A DNA stretch of 64,000 nt, taken from NCBI GenBank assembly GCA_973851085.1, contig OZ316775.1:13020001-13084000 (forward strand), in the 5' to 3' direction. The notes under the pieces are model-generated. The model had not been told where the DNA came from and made no database searches. It worked only from the letters and a program-made list of their open reading frames with translations. Source of the DNA: Ptychomitrium polyphyllum. Its lineage: Eukaryota. Below, one piece after another: positions 1-12,730 of the stretch (position 1 is its first letter; every line of letters begins with the position of its first letter). Position numbers and translations under genes: made by a program.

Positions 1-1170
1 CTACACGTGTCAGCTAGCGCAAGACCGCAACTGATGATCTATTCGGCGCACTATTTGGCATCTAGACTCCAAATCCTGATTACACAATTTTGAGGGCCCG
101 TCTTGGTGATGTTCACAACGATTGTGCATCTATATCTGCACCACTGTCTTCGTTTTGAGCCGAAAGCTAAGACAGCTGCTGTAAAATGATAACTTCAGAG
201 TCCTCCAGGGGTTTGCACTCACTTGGTGCGTTTTGATGTTGGAAGAAAATCGACCGTGATCCTATCAGTTGGCGCTCCGTGGCAACGAATTGCTTTTTTG
301 TGAAGGGTAAGCCCTTGCAGCATTGAGAGAACAAAGGAATGATGATGGTCCACATCGTGCAAGGTGAAGGGATGTACTCCAACCAAACAGACTCTGGACA
401 GACGAGGGTTTCCTTTTGAAGCAAGACACTGACAGGATTTGCAAGCATCGAAAGCATAAATCCTGGGGAGTATGTAACACCGATATGGGCACATAGAGTG
501 TCTATGTTGAAGCCTTTCAAAACTATCACAGTAGACCCTCCTTCACGACACAATACTACACGATAGCAGAGGCAGCAAGCCAAAAATCTTCACTGCTCAC
601 TGAGTTGCATGGCCATAGCATTGGACAGCGAATGAAGACGAAAGCGCTCAATCTATGAAAACTCCTGGCGTCGATGCTGAAGAATGATCCATAGCACAAC
701 ATCTACTCTTATATCAAATTACACTTGTCCAAGAAGAAACCAGACACAACATGTAGAACCGGATCATTGTGATTCAAGGTTTGTGAGGCATGACTCAGCC
801 AAGGATAAACTTCATCAAGATGACGATGCAAGGAGCGGCCTCCAGTTTTAGTCACGTCAAAGTACGATGTAACCCTGTGACGTGACCACACCACTGACCT
901 CTTGCTGAGATGTTGCTGCACTTTTGAGCAGATGCAACAACTAAGACAGGCCAGAAACTCTCCAAGTTTGCATGGGTTATAATTGAAATTTGAACCAAGC
1001 GATGTGTGGAGGTGCATGAAGGTTCAACGTCTTTTGCACAATTGCAGCTATGACGTACGTGGACGTTGGTTTTGAAAGAACGAATTCCATTTTATTTAGT
1101 TGGTTTTGTGAGATTCCAACGAAAGTTTCATGATTGCTGAGTGACCCAGTTGTCGTAGAGCTCAGTGAGA

Positions 1171-2291
1171 TCAAGTTTTTGGTTTTCTCTCCAGTTCTAG
1201 TCTGTACAATGCTGCGATGTTTATGATCCTGGAGAGGCGAGAATGCTGTGAGTTGGGGTTTTTCACTTCGGCAGGTTGAGTCTTGCACCATTCCGAGTCG
1301 ATGAGGCGCGCGATGAGAGCTCGTATCATGGCGCGAGTTTTCTCTCCGACGAATTTAAACGAAAGGGAGAATCGGCCGCACTCGGCCATGGCTTCGAGCA
1401 TCTGGATAACCCAGTTTTCATCGACATCTGTAGTGCACGCAGCGCGGAGGAGGCGCTGCTGCTCCGGGTCGTCGCGAGCGTTCTCCTCAGCTTTGAAGCA
1501 TGTGCAAACGGTTGCCAAGATGTCAGCCAGAAGGTTGGGGGGGATCTCCACCTTGAAGATTTCGGGATACTCGCCAGGGTCGATGGCAGTCAGGAACACC
1601 ATCTGCAGAAACACGTCCTTTTTCAGATGGCGCCAGTTCTTCGCAAACACGTCGTCTGTGACCTTCTCCTGTTGGTTGCTGTGGTTGCTTCCCTGCTTCC
1701 GGATCCCCAACAAGGCAGGAAGACCATCTGCTGCGTCCACGTTCCTGTCCTCCACGTTCCTGGACTTGTCTGTGCCGGCGGCGTTGAATGACCATGCTGG
1801 AGCTGGCATCCCTTTGTAATCGTGCGCCGGTCGCTCCTCGTCTTCTCGCCCCGGCATCTTCCGCTCCACAGGCTTCAAATGCGCCACGGAGACCTTACAC
1901 ATTGCAACCACGATATCAAGCAGAAGAAGCTTGTTACTGCTCCCCTCCTGAGTCCCAGATTGCGCTGCCTTCACACAAACTACGGAAACTCATGATGATG
2001 AGCAAGAATTGGAGACGTGATTGGTGTACATCGAAGATCAACAATGTCCGAATGACCTCTGATAATTCTATGGCTATCTGCTCGCACTAAGTCACATCGG
2101 TGTGAGTTCCATCACCATACCAGATTCGCGAAAGTTGGATAATCAACATTCTGCTCGACTGCTCTGAATTTTGCGTCGTTTATTGCTTTCCTCCTCCAAT
2201 CGTCGTAGATGGCAGTGCGCAGTTCTTTGCTCTCTTTCTCCCACAAATGCTTCGGAAAAGTGATTACGTCCTCCTTCGAGTTTTCCGCCAT
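1171..2291 (-). CDS. CCDC103: CCDC103/PR46b-like dynein attachment factor (Dynein_attach_N + RPAP3_C-like domain), 2 exons (2291-2121, 1893-1171), ~297 aa
   Basis: Exon 1, absent from the ORF track, translates as MAENSKEDVITFPKHLWEKESKELRTAIYDDWRRKAINDAKFRAVEQNVDYPTFANL. A GT-AG intron (2120-1894) joins it in frame to VSVAHLKPVERK. NDAKFRAV..Y..F..V.HLKP matches the CCDC103 N-terminal motif. The C-terminus (FAKNWRHL, IFKVEIP, GRFSLSFKF) is RPAP3_C-like. Confidence 0.85.
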
Positions 2292-3311
2292 ACCTTTGAT
2301 TTATTTCTCGTGAAGCAGATAGTGATGATCCAGGAACGGTTGCGCGCCACTCTCACTGCATGCGCCACAAAGTTACGAGCACAGAGTCTTCAGCCCCTCC
2401 GAAGCAGATTATCATAAGGTAAAAGCGCTACATATTCAACCATGCGCCTGCTCTCCTGGAGACACAACGCCTTGCATGCTCTTAAACAAGTCTCCTTTTC
2501 AATGTTCACTCTCCCTGTAGTGCTTTACTGCTCCTACATTATAAGATAACGGCCTTTGCGTCAGCATAGGAGATGTTCTCGTTGACATCTTCGTCAACCT
2601 AACCTTTACAGTACTAAGTTTCGCATCAACAATGAGCGCAGGCTTGGCGAGACGGATTGTTGCGAGGACTCTCGATCCCTCTGCCACTTCCGACCTGGTG
2701 AGTCTCTAATGCCGGTACTCTTCTTTCCGTCTCCACACGAAATTCAACATCATCTTGCAAGGCATCGTAGATTGGATTACGGACACACAGGAATCCAGTG
2801 TGCTCCATCGTGACTCGTTACCAATTGGGAGCGAATCAGTGCAGAATGAAAAGAAGGATGCCGGGAATAGAAAAGAAAATGCATTCAGAGTACATGTACC
2901 ACTCAGAAGGAAAGAGATGAGGTAATGTTACCGAGAGAATAAAGCGTGCTAGTGGGCATCTGATTTACACGTGGATGTAGAGTTGCCCGGCGCGTGATTG
3001 TATGTTGTTCGAGTAGTTCTCCTCTGGGAGCAACGGAATAGCAATTGCAATCCCACTCTGCGCAAAGGTCGTTGGTTGCTAGAATCGCCCATAAGGTCTT
3101 TTCTCCTTTGATTCTGTGAGCGTGAACTTCTGTCTGGGCTTTAAGGGATAAACATTTCCCTTTCGTCCTTCCGGATCGTGCCTGCTCTCTTGGCAGTTCT
3201 TAGCCCTCGAATCTCGCCATAGCTGATGAGCTACGCTTTTGGAACGGTGCTGCAGTTGTGAGTAAGTTTCGTGAATGAATGTGGAAGGAAACCTTCGTGC
3301 TGCAGTATAAT

Positions 3312-4415
3312 ATGAGATATTCCGAGATTCTCTTGCGGCTCCCGCGAGCTTATCACTACCGCTGCAATTACGGCACTGATAGCCGGAACTCGCATTCAAC
3401 GATGTCGGTCGAGACTGCGTACCGTGCGCTTGATTTAGAGCCTGGAGCAAGTATGGATAATGTCAAAGCTGCGTATCGGCGGCTCGCCCTGAAATGGTGA
3501 GTCACTCTTGAGAAATGAATTTCTTTTCACTCATTTCTGCGATTGTGATTTCTTTTCAAGATGAATAGAGCTGAGAATTCTTTGAGTTGGGTACCAAACA
3601 GTAGCTCAAGAAATCAGCACCTTGAGTACCCAATTACGCCTTGGGAACCCTAATTTAACAATGAAGAGATATTTGTGAACGGAGACTTTTAAGGACCCTG
3701 TTTCTATGCTTCCTGCGAATGAGCATTCTAAACCTAGAAATCTGTCAAACTGCATAGGTCTGGAGAGGCTTGTAAGAATCTTCTCTTTTAAGGATGTCGT
3801 GTTAGGTTAAAGCTAGGTTTAGGTGATCGTTTATTGAGAATCGTTTGTCCTTTCAGTCATCCTGACTTGAACACGAAGGACGGCGCGGAATTTCTGCGTA
3901 TTTCAGCAGCGTACCAGAGGATCCTCAACAAGAATGTCACCTATGATGCCCCTCGAAGGCCAAATGCTCGTTACAATCCTGATGTGCGTGTCTATGCAGG
4001 TGAGTTATGCAAGACTGAGTTGCCCGTCGTCAGAGTTTGCTCGAGGATATCTGGTCGGTCCGATTTACAAAAACATGTCTGGTTTCATCATGTGAATTTG
4101 CCTATACCTGGTTTGTTTTTTATATGGAACTTTTTCACTCTTTGTGCGATTTATCATCTATGTGATGTTTTTGATTCCTCTGCAGGACCTGTGAGGCCGT
4201 TCAATCAGACGGCAGTGACTGTTTGGGGACTAGGGTTAGCAATGGGCTGCGTATTGTTTGGAGCTATCTTGTTATGGAGTCGTGTAGAGACCACAGGAGT
4301 TTCCATGAAAGGACCTTCAAGAGTCATTGAGCCTTCTTCAAATGCAGTCAAGAGAGAGCGTATTGCAGCTCTGCTTTTGGAGAAATCTCGGCCTCGGAAA
4401 GACAGTGAACATTGA
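3312..4415 (+). CDS. Small DnaJ/J-domain protein with C-terminal hydrophobic segment, 3 exons (3312 or 3402-3496, 3857-3999, 4186-4415)
   Basis: AYRALDLEPGASMDNVKAAYRRLALK | CHPDLNTKDGAEFLRISAAYQRIL is a J-domain with HPD. Canonical GT-AG introns lie at 3497-3856 and 4000-4185. Exon 3 has a TM-like stretch VWGLGLAMGCVLFGAILLW. The start codon is uncertain (ATG 3312 or 3402). Confidence 0.85.
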
Positions 4416-6489
4416 GACTGCCCTACCTGATGCTGGTCTTCGAGGTCAGGATTTGGCAGTGGATCACGGTGGGTTCGACTTGAAGTTGTATTTTCTCCTT
4501 ACGTATCATCGAGTACGCATATCGCACTTGTTCCGTGTTCATCTTCATTGACACTTAAGCGTTACACATTTAGTTCAGAGCCAACACCCACATCTGTTTC
4601 CTGATCTGAAAACTCTTTTTGAAAGGCTTTCAGACTTGAACGCATGGCTTAGGATTCTAATTATTTTAGTGGTTTTTTGAGTTCTTGTTTCCTGCAAGCA
4701 ATTTAGTATACATAAATCAAGTGTTGATCCTGAAGTCTTATCATCAGACAGACCGCTGTAACGTAAAGAGAGGTGGAGACCACGCGACAAGTTTTACGAA
4801 ACGGAAGATAATGAGAATTCGTCGGCTGTTTGTACGAGCTGCTGAAGTAAAGCCGAGGGGCGTCAATGTTCACTGCTCTACGTTGGCGTCACAGAACTTT
4901 CCATGAAAAGGCCATGTAGGTAGCCTCTATGACATGATCATCCTTCGTGAATCATTTTCAGTACAGGTTTCAGGACGGTTGGAAGGTTGTGGGAGAGCTT
5001 GTAACAACTTTAGAATTTAATGAATTGCTTTAGTTGGATGAGAGGCAAGCGAGATAGGGCCCGTGCAGATTTCATCAACTTGTGCTACTTGTTCCAGCTA
5101 TTAGCTCTTTATTAAGCAACATTACTTTCACTGCCCTCGTGAACGACGCTGGACTGAATAATTTCATGCCTTGTTTGTCTGCTTATGGTACCTGTTCACC
5201 GGCCCACTTTCTTCTAGAATGCAAATCTGATTTAGGTGTGATTGATATCCAGATAATCACACTTCAATTAGTAAGTCATAATTGAAATTCTCAAATTGTG
5301 GACTGAGATCTTGACGGAATTTCTTTGCTTTTGCTGTTGTCACTCCACAACTATCGTCAAAATGAACTGTGTCGAATTTGTAATTTTATGACAATGCCGA
5401 ATATTTATTCACTCTCTTACTCAACACATCATCTCAGTAATCTCAAACTCTTGGAAGCTCGAAATTCCTCCTTTTTTCGAGAGCTAAGATTGACAAAAAA
5501 TTTCCAAGAGCTATCGTGCTAGTTAACATGTAAGGTTTGCTGAGTTGAGTTTAAACTTAGTGTTTCCTCTAGTGCTTGCTCGCATGATGTTATGATTCCA
5601 ATGCTGACAAAATTGATTGTGTTCATCCCATTTTCTGGATGCAAGAGTAATCTCATTGCAGTGGACAATGCTCAAGGCTGTTCTTCTCTTCAGCTTTAGG
5701 AGTTATTATGTGTTCCCCACTTTACATCTGTCTGGTAGCAGCGTGTTAGTGACTGCCTTATAAGGTAAGAAGCCGCACTGGTTTGGAGAGTGCAAAGATA
5801 CCTTCCAAAGAATCAAATCACCCAATTACGACGAAAGATTTGACCACTGAACATGATTCGGAAGCTACTGCATGTACTCGGAACCTATTCAAGTATCTAC
5901 TTGGAAAAGTAAGGCCAGAGAGCTTGGATATCGTTTTTTAATAATGTCTGTAAATAATTTTCCAAACTGTTGGCACCAAACAACAATTGGTGTTCTGAAA
6001 TTGATGTTGTATTAAACGTATTAGGGTGTGTGTTTGAGATACATTGTACATTTTGTCAAAGCTCATTACTTGAACTACTTCATGTGTGTTTTTTCGAGTT
6101 CGTGCATAGAAAAGCTATGATATCATTACTGAACATTATTTCTTTGTCAAAGAGTAGTGTATACCATGAGTCTCTTCCTTTTATAAGGTGTGTGCACCTT
6201 CTAGACAGACATTGATAGAAGTGCCATAAAAATGTTTCTTCTTTACAAATATAGACTCCATAAAACTAATCTTACACAATGTATCCAAAAATTGTTATAT
6301 TAACCCTTCTTTAAAAAGGTATTGGTTCCAGCTTACTCTATTGCTAAGAAGATTATTTGGAGTTGGTCCATACATCTTATAGATTTTATTTTGAAGCTAT
6401 TTATTATTTAATAGGTTCAAGATGGGCAAATGAGGTGGCTTTAATAGAAAAAAAATTTTAAAAAATGATTTGAAATTATATAAGTTATT

Positions 6490-8226
6490 TCCTCAACTCT
6501 TGGATCATCTTATGGCCACTAAGATTAATGAATTGATGAAGTTCATCCAATAAGACAATATTAAGTTAGATTTATTTATTACTTTAAGAATATTTGTAAT
6601 TTTGAAAATACTTGTATTTGATTATATTAATAAAAGCCTTAATTTATGGTAGGCAATGAAGCTAAAGTCCACTTGGTAATAAATCTTAAGATAAGTTTGA
6701 TTAATTTCTTATTAAAAGTATAATAGATAATGGAAATAATATTTGAAAAACTTTTATGAATTATAGTATATACAGAGGTTGTGGCTAAATGTACAAACAC
6801 TTGGAAGTCATTTGCCTATAACTATTATGTAATGAAGTATTATGCACCTCTCTTTAAGAAATGCCTATAACTACTAAAGGCACAAGAGGAATTCCAAAGT
6901 GACATCTGGGACTTATAGTGCCAATGGTGAGGTGATCCGAGTGAGCCTAATATGGAAAAAATTCGAGAGAAAATAACACCATTGCCATAAAGACTAAGAA
7001 TTACAAGGGAGAAATCCTAGGCATGGGATGCCTTACAACGAGTTGATTTTTATTTGCTAAGGATTGCTCAAACCGGACAAGAGAATTAGAAGATATGGAA
7101 TCTCAAAGCTGAAGTTGCCTTAGGGCTCTTCTAGAGTGTGGCTGTGTTGAACTGGAACTATGCTAACTAAGACACTGCAAGAAAGGACTCCCTAGAACTT
7201 CCAAACCTTGAGAGAGGCATATCTCCAAGAATAATAACTCAAATTAGATGTTTGAGGAGTCTATCGACATTTTTGCAAAGAATAAATGTCAATAGTGTGG
7301 TTGCTCAATAGAATTGGAGACTAAAAATTTTAAGATATTAGACCTTGAAGGTCCCTAGGAAGTTCCAAAGATTCCCAACGGCTAAGTTCCAAGGGGGATT
7401 GGGTGGTCTTCCAAAGTTTTGGGTGTGTTGAGTTTCGGTCAACTACAAAGGGCCAAAGAACCTGCCAAATCCCATAAAAAGTACTATAGAGAGGGTTGGT
7501 CCACTTCTCTACTTCCATAGTGTCTCGGTAATAACCAAGGGAGAGTCTTGGTGTGTGGAACTAGTATTGGGATTTCACCACGAAGAATCCTATACCATTG
7601 TGAGCCAATGGGTGGCTAATTTTACGAAGGAAACCAGTGAGTTCTAAAGTATGCGCAAGGTGTTAATAGTTTGGAATGGTGTCTTCACGTCAACACTATA
7701 GTAGCCCGGGATGATTTTGGGATCACATGAGGATCATGAGTGGTACTGAGGAGACATCACTAAGTACGGTTAGGTCGTGTGGAATGGAAGTAACACTAAA
7801 TGAAGTCTTAAACATTAATGGAAGTCCGTACTTAACCATTGCCTACCGATCAATTGGATGTCATAAAGGAAATGAGTAGGGAGAATTGGAAACCAAATTT
7901 TAAGCTTTAAAAGTGGAAATGGAGGCTAACTATGTGCATGTGGGAGTATGTAAGGTTGGCGTTTTGAATGCTTATTAAGGTGCATTGCAAGGATTGCAAC
8001 ATGAAAAGAGTGTTGTAGAGTTCATGTAGTATTCATGTAGTATTTATATATTATTATTGAATTTATGTAGTAGTATGAAATTTATTTAGATTTTTGAAGT
8101 TATAAATAAGGAGTGTGTATTCTTAACTACAATCTACAAGAAGTAGAGTATTTTGTGTTACAAAGGAGATGGAGTTATGCGATTATTGATTCTGATAATT
8201 ATTTTTGAACAATTTACACCTCAATA
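6490..8226 (+). mobile_element. Degenerate solo LTR of the same family as the gypsy element at 36.9-42.5 kb, split by a nested insertion
   Basis: 6512-6837 and 8002-8226 align by eye, in inverted orientation, to the LTR at 41989-42526 (e.g. aagttcatccaataagaca, atggtaggc..gaagctaaagtc, agagtgttgtagagtt, tcttaactacaat). Confidence 0.75.
6838..8001. mobile_element. ~1.16-kb nested insertion, probably a solo LTR of a second family
   Basis: It interrupts the host LTR exactly. It is flanked by an imperfect 5-bp duplication, tgaag (6833-6837) / tgaaa (8002-8006). Termini are tattatgca...ttgcaaca (degenerate TG...CA). No coding motif was recognised. Confidence 0.6.
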
Positions 8227-9242
8227 TATACACTATGAATATTTCAGTCTTTGATCAAACTTATCCAATGACTAGCAAAAGCATCTTTGACTTCGATTTA
8301 GCGTGCAAGTTGTGTTCAACAGTAACCACTAATCAGAGTAGACACAGGTTATTTTCGCAATGAAACAACCGATTTCTTTGGGCCACAGAGAACAATCATG
8401 GAGTGCCAGCCCAAACTAAACCAGTCCCATGTCAAAGCTTATTTTCATTGATTAATGCTACAAAATGCTGACAAGGTAAGAATAGTCTATGAACCAAGTT
8501 GGTAGTTGCAGCTTCCTCCAAATTTAACAAATTCGTTGACAGTTTCAGATTCACGAAACGTGTGGCCTGTGGATGGAATTCTTAAATTCCAAAACAGCTC
8601 CTCGTTCGCCTCTGGGCCTGCATTTTGTAATGTGCTGACAGGACTACGGCCTCAATGCTCCTCAACAGACTCCAATACTTCACCCGAAGCTAGAAGTTAG
8701 CTTGGAGTGTGTTGCAGATGTAGGTGATAAGTTTGAAGATTCAACTTTCGCTTGAATTTCCAAAAGTAACTATACTGGTGAACTTAGGCTCTACATTCGG
8801 TTGGAAAAAACCGGTGGCATGAATTTTTGATTGGTGCCAATTAATTTGACGGCGTTAATATGATGCTTCCTCCCCCTTTCAGACGCTTACACCGCTTGTT
8901 TTGTGTAAAAATACAGCTTTTTGTCGATGTGCATTTTGGTGTTTGTCAGCTTGGAAGATAGTTCGTCTGTGAGTCTGTAGTCGTGGAGATCGAACAAGTC
9001 GTGAGGACGTCTCTTTTCTGAATTGTGAAGGGATGTATTGGGCAGGGACTTCGACGTAGGTATGCTAGAGTCCAGAAGCTAGTATTTCATTGCAGGAATG
9101 TTATTGACAGCTGGCGAGGAAGAATATTCGAGCTGTAGAGAGGTGCCATTAGAATTTAGAGCTTTACTGTACATTTACTTTTTATCGATCAATTTTCTCC
9201 TGTCAATATGAGAGTGATTGTGTACATCTGTTGATGCACACA

Positions 9243-9917
9243 ATCGGATTTGCGGTCTATATGGTGCACTTGGCTACTATTACAATCACGGGCACCGGCA
9301 TTAACCTCGCGCGTAGTCTTGGTGCCGCCATCATCTTCAACACACAGCATACCGCTTGGGCCGACCACGTGAGTTACTTTTATTGTGCCAGTTGGGTGGA
9401 AAACTCGTATTCCATCTAGATTGCTGTGAAACTCTTTAAAAAGGCCGATTAATCAGGTCATGTGTGTAGAAATTTATCTTGTTCGATGCCTTCAAATTCT
9501 ATACTTACTTCAGACAACGTCACTGAAAGGCTATTATGAAAGGCCATTGGAAGGTTACAGTTCATAATGCCAAGCTGTTTCCATTAATGAACTTGATGCG
9601 GGAAATTATCCTGTTCTGATCCACGAACCAAAACACTGCAGAGCAGGCTCAATGACATAACTTGTCATTATGACTGTACTGCACCTTAGGTGAGTCGATC
9701 ATATACGTTGCAGAAGAAATTAGTTGCTATTGTACACATGGTTCGGGCGAACTCTGAGCTCGGTTGAATGTTGATGATGTTATTGCAGTGGATCATTTGG
9801 GTGGGTCCCCTGATCGGCGCAAGCCTCGCAGCTGCGTATTATCAGCTCGTCAATCGTGCGTTGCCTTTCAGGAAGAACGGGCAAAATAGATATCTCACAC
9901 CGCAAGGTTCGCTTTGA
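9243..9917 (+). pseudogene. PIP: 5'-truncated PIP aquaporin remnant (last two exons, ~9243-9368 and 9789-9917)
   Basis: [38 protein letters not shown] | WIIWVGPLIGASLAAAYYQLVNRALPFR is the PIP helix 5/loop E/helix 6 region, with a GT-AG intron at the usual PIP position. The second NPA reads NLA. No upstream PIP exons were recognised. Confidence 0.8.
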
Positions 9918-12671
9918 GCAGATCCAGTACAGTATGGCAGCTCGTTACTTGTTTTCAATAATGCTGGGTCATGGTCATGTCATCTCCATTCTATGCAGAT
10001 ATGACTATCAGAATGGGTATGGCTATGGCTGCTACCTAGGTGGACATTGCGTGTTCCTGATTTGCTTGGCATTCCATAAAATGTTTCACCAGCAGTATTA
10101 CGTAACATATTTAGTTAGAACAAGGTCAATGCACTCGTGATGGTTTAGAGCGTGAGATTAAGAGGAAGTTTTTTATGTCTTCGAGCATTATAACTGCTGC
10201 TCATTGTGTACTAGGTTTCTCCAAGTAGCACTAGCACAATTTACCAATGTAAATTCTATCGTTTTGGAAACGTGCATTATGTAACAAATGTCGCTATAAC
10301 AAGGTCCGTGCACCTGTACTCACTGGCATTCTTGTGAATTCGTTGCCTCTCAGTTGTCCTAATATTGGTTTCCCGGTTTTATGTGTATACAAGTAGTATT
10401 AGAAGGAATCGGCATATACACGTGTTTTCGAGCCTGGGAATTTTGAGAGCTAGTAAGCTTTCTATCTCACAGCAATTCGATTGCTTCTTAATGTGTACTA
10501 AGTTTCTTGCGGCAGCATTTGCACAATCTTCTGATGCATGTGAACTAGAATTTTAACATTCCAGGATTCTACATTCTGTTGAGCTCGCCTTGTCTGGGTG
10601 AACAGACTTTTGGTGTACGTAATGACGTTAGAACTTAGAACGGTACAGTACTCTACAGAGTGGTCTTCACGTTTTTGGAACTTGAACAGTTTCTTGCGCA
10701 ATCACCGAAGATTCACGCGAGCTTTGCACTCCTCCGTTTTCAATGTATTGTCGACCAATGCTCAGTTAAGTCAATTCGTCACTAATCGAAATCCAGCCGC
10801 ATTAACCATATAGAACATTGGCTAAGCTTTTTGCTTGTGAGTTCAATCTCTACAGATGACAGGACAAGCTCTCTGGGTAGATACGATGAAAAGTGCGTGA
10901 CAGCATGTGGAGGAAGTTATCTGCCATCAAGAGCTAGAATTCCTGTCTGGGCTCTGCTCTCACCAGTGAGATGGCAACCCTGATCAAAACTGGGATGGAG
11001 ACTTTTCCTTTTTTTTGTTATTGAATCTTGTGAGCGTCCATGTTTGTCTATGCAACTTACGTTGAGAAGAAGTCATAACTTCTTGACAAAATAAACGACA
11101 AACTAGCTTCATTGTGATAACACAATGTATTCGCGTAAATTCGATTCCAAATACGTCACGTTCATATTGATTTTTCTTTTTCAGCTTGGATCACTCCACA
11201 GGAGTCACTTGCGATGGAAATAATGGACAGATCTGCTTTGAACTTTCCTATGCTTACAGCTCACTGAACTTAGTCCGACTGATCAACTGAAATCCAGTTG
11301 GGCCCCCCTCTAGTATACAGATTCAGCAGAAGTCCCCGCAGAAATCAGTGATAACGTCATTCGTCATCTGTGTTTGCAAGAATTTGAAATTGTCTCATAT
11401 TTGCCACATGTGGAGAAAACGGGGATTTTAGCACTCCCTTGAGGCAAGTTTTGGATGCTATTTGGATATGTCAAAGTAGCCAAAAGGGGAATTTCAAGAG
11501 TAATGAACTCAGAAAATTAGAAAACTAAAAACAGTCCAAGAAGAACAAATCTTTATATGGTAGATATCCCAAATGTTCAATTTCCCAAGAAAACACACAT
11601 TTAAACTTACAACGCTGGCACTGATGGCTGAGCCGAGGATGAGCGAAAAAGAAACCAGGGTTTGGCCTTCCTCTCCTTCATTTTGAAATCTAAAGTTCTC
11701 TTGAAATCTACCTGTACTTGTGAAGTCCATTGCTGCTTGTTTGCAAGACCTTAGTGCTTACTCACAGAAGCAATACAGACACAATCCGAGGCATTTTAGC
11801 ACAGCAAAAGTCTTTTTAACACAATTGTATTGCTTCATATGTCTAGCATCCAATAACATCTCTTAGCTATATAGCCAAGAGGGAGTGTGCTAAAACAACA
11901 TTGTGCTAAATATGCAGTCCAATTAACCTCCTAAGTCTAATTTGACAAGTTGAACCCCCTTTTTCTACTGGTGTGCAGGTCAAAGTATTTGTATAATACG
12001 TCCAGGGCAGTAATGACCTTCAGATGTCATACATTTGGTGCTACGGAGGTGTCTTGTAAACATGGGAATTGGTAGCCATGCACTAAATTCAAGGATCTTC
12101 TCTTTTGGAGTGTAAACTGTGATTCTTTTTCATTGTTTTCTTTTTTTGCCTTTCCAGCCTTTCTCAGTCAAATGAGGGCGCAAAGTTGTCTGACTAGCCA
12201 ACTTGTGGTCCGCCACCTGAAAGGCTTACACAAAGCGTCAACCTGCTCACAAAGATATACACGGGTGGGTACATAGACAGACACTAGTACTTGCAACCTT
12301 TCGTGAGGGACCCATTCCGAAATATGAGAGTGGGTGGCTGCCTTGAATGTCAAAGTAGAGAGGCATCCTGGTTCCTAATGGGCCTGGAATCGTCACAGCT
12401 AATTCTAGCTAATTTGTTACTGAGAGAATCGAAATTGTCAATCAGGCAGCTTATACCTTGCACAGCAAGTACTGATTCCCATTAAGACAAATGTTCGTAC
12501 TGCTCTCTCAGCTTACTAGTCACTCAAACGCCAATTCCACGAAGACACAAGGTCATGGTACACATTTTGGCATGGAAATGACCTTATTTTTCCGACGCTG
12601 TCAAATGTAACACCTCATCCATTACATCAGACACTGCTATGAAGGGCTTTCCACATGCCCTTCACATCTAT

Positions 12672-12730
12672 GGTCAATCTCGTCAACTTGAAGTTGACCA
12701 CAATCCTGTTCAATCCACGAGGTGAGTCAA
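12672..12730. promoter_or_regulatory. W-box (TTGACY) cluster upstream of the ATL gene
   Basis: ggtcaa 12672-12677, ttgacc 12694-12699 and agtcaa 12725-12730, plus the palindrome gtcaactt-g-aagttgac at 12682-12698. Confidence 0.45.

Noticed and set aside
167..1017. Minus-strand ORFs 167-583 and 709-1017
   Set aside because: No recognisable domain or convincing splice structure; may be UTR or intergenic.
1276..1819. Plus-strand ORFs of 171 and 178 aa
   Set aside because: Antisense shadows of the CCDC103-like exon.
2499..2808. Short minus-strand ORFs upstream of CCDC103 as extra exons
   Set aside because: The gene already has an ATG-initiated exon at 2291 containing the N-terminal domain, and these ORFs show no motif.
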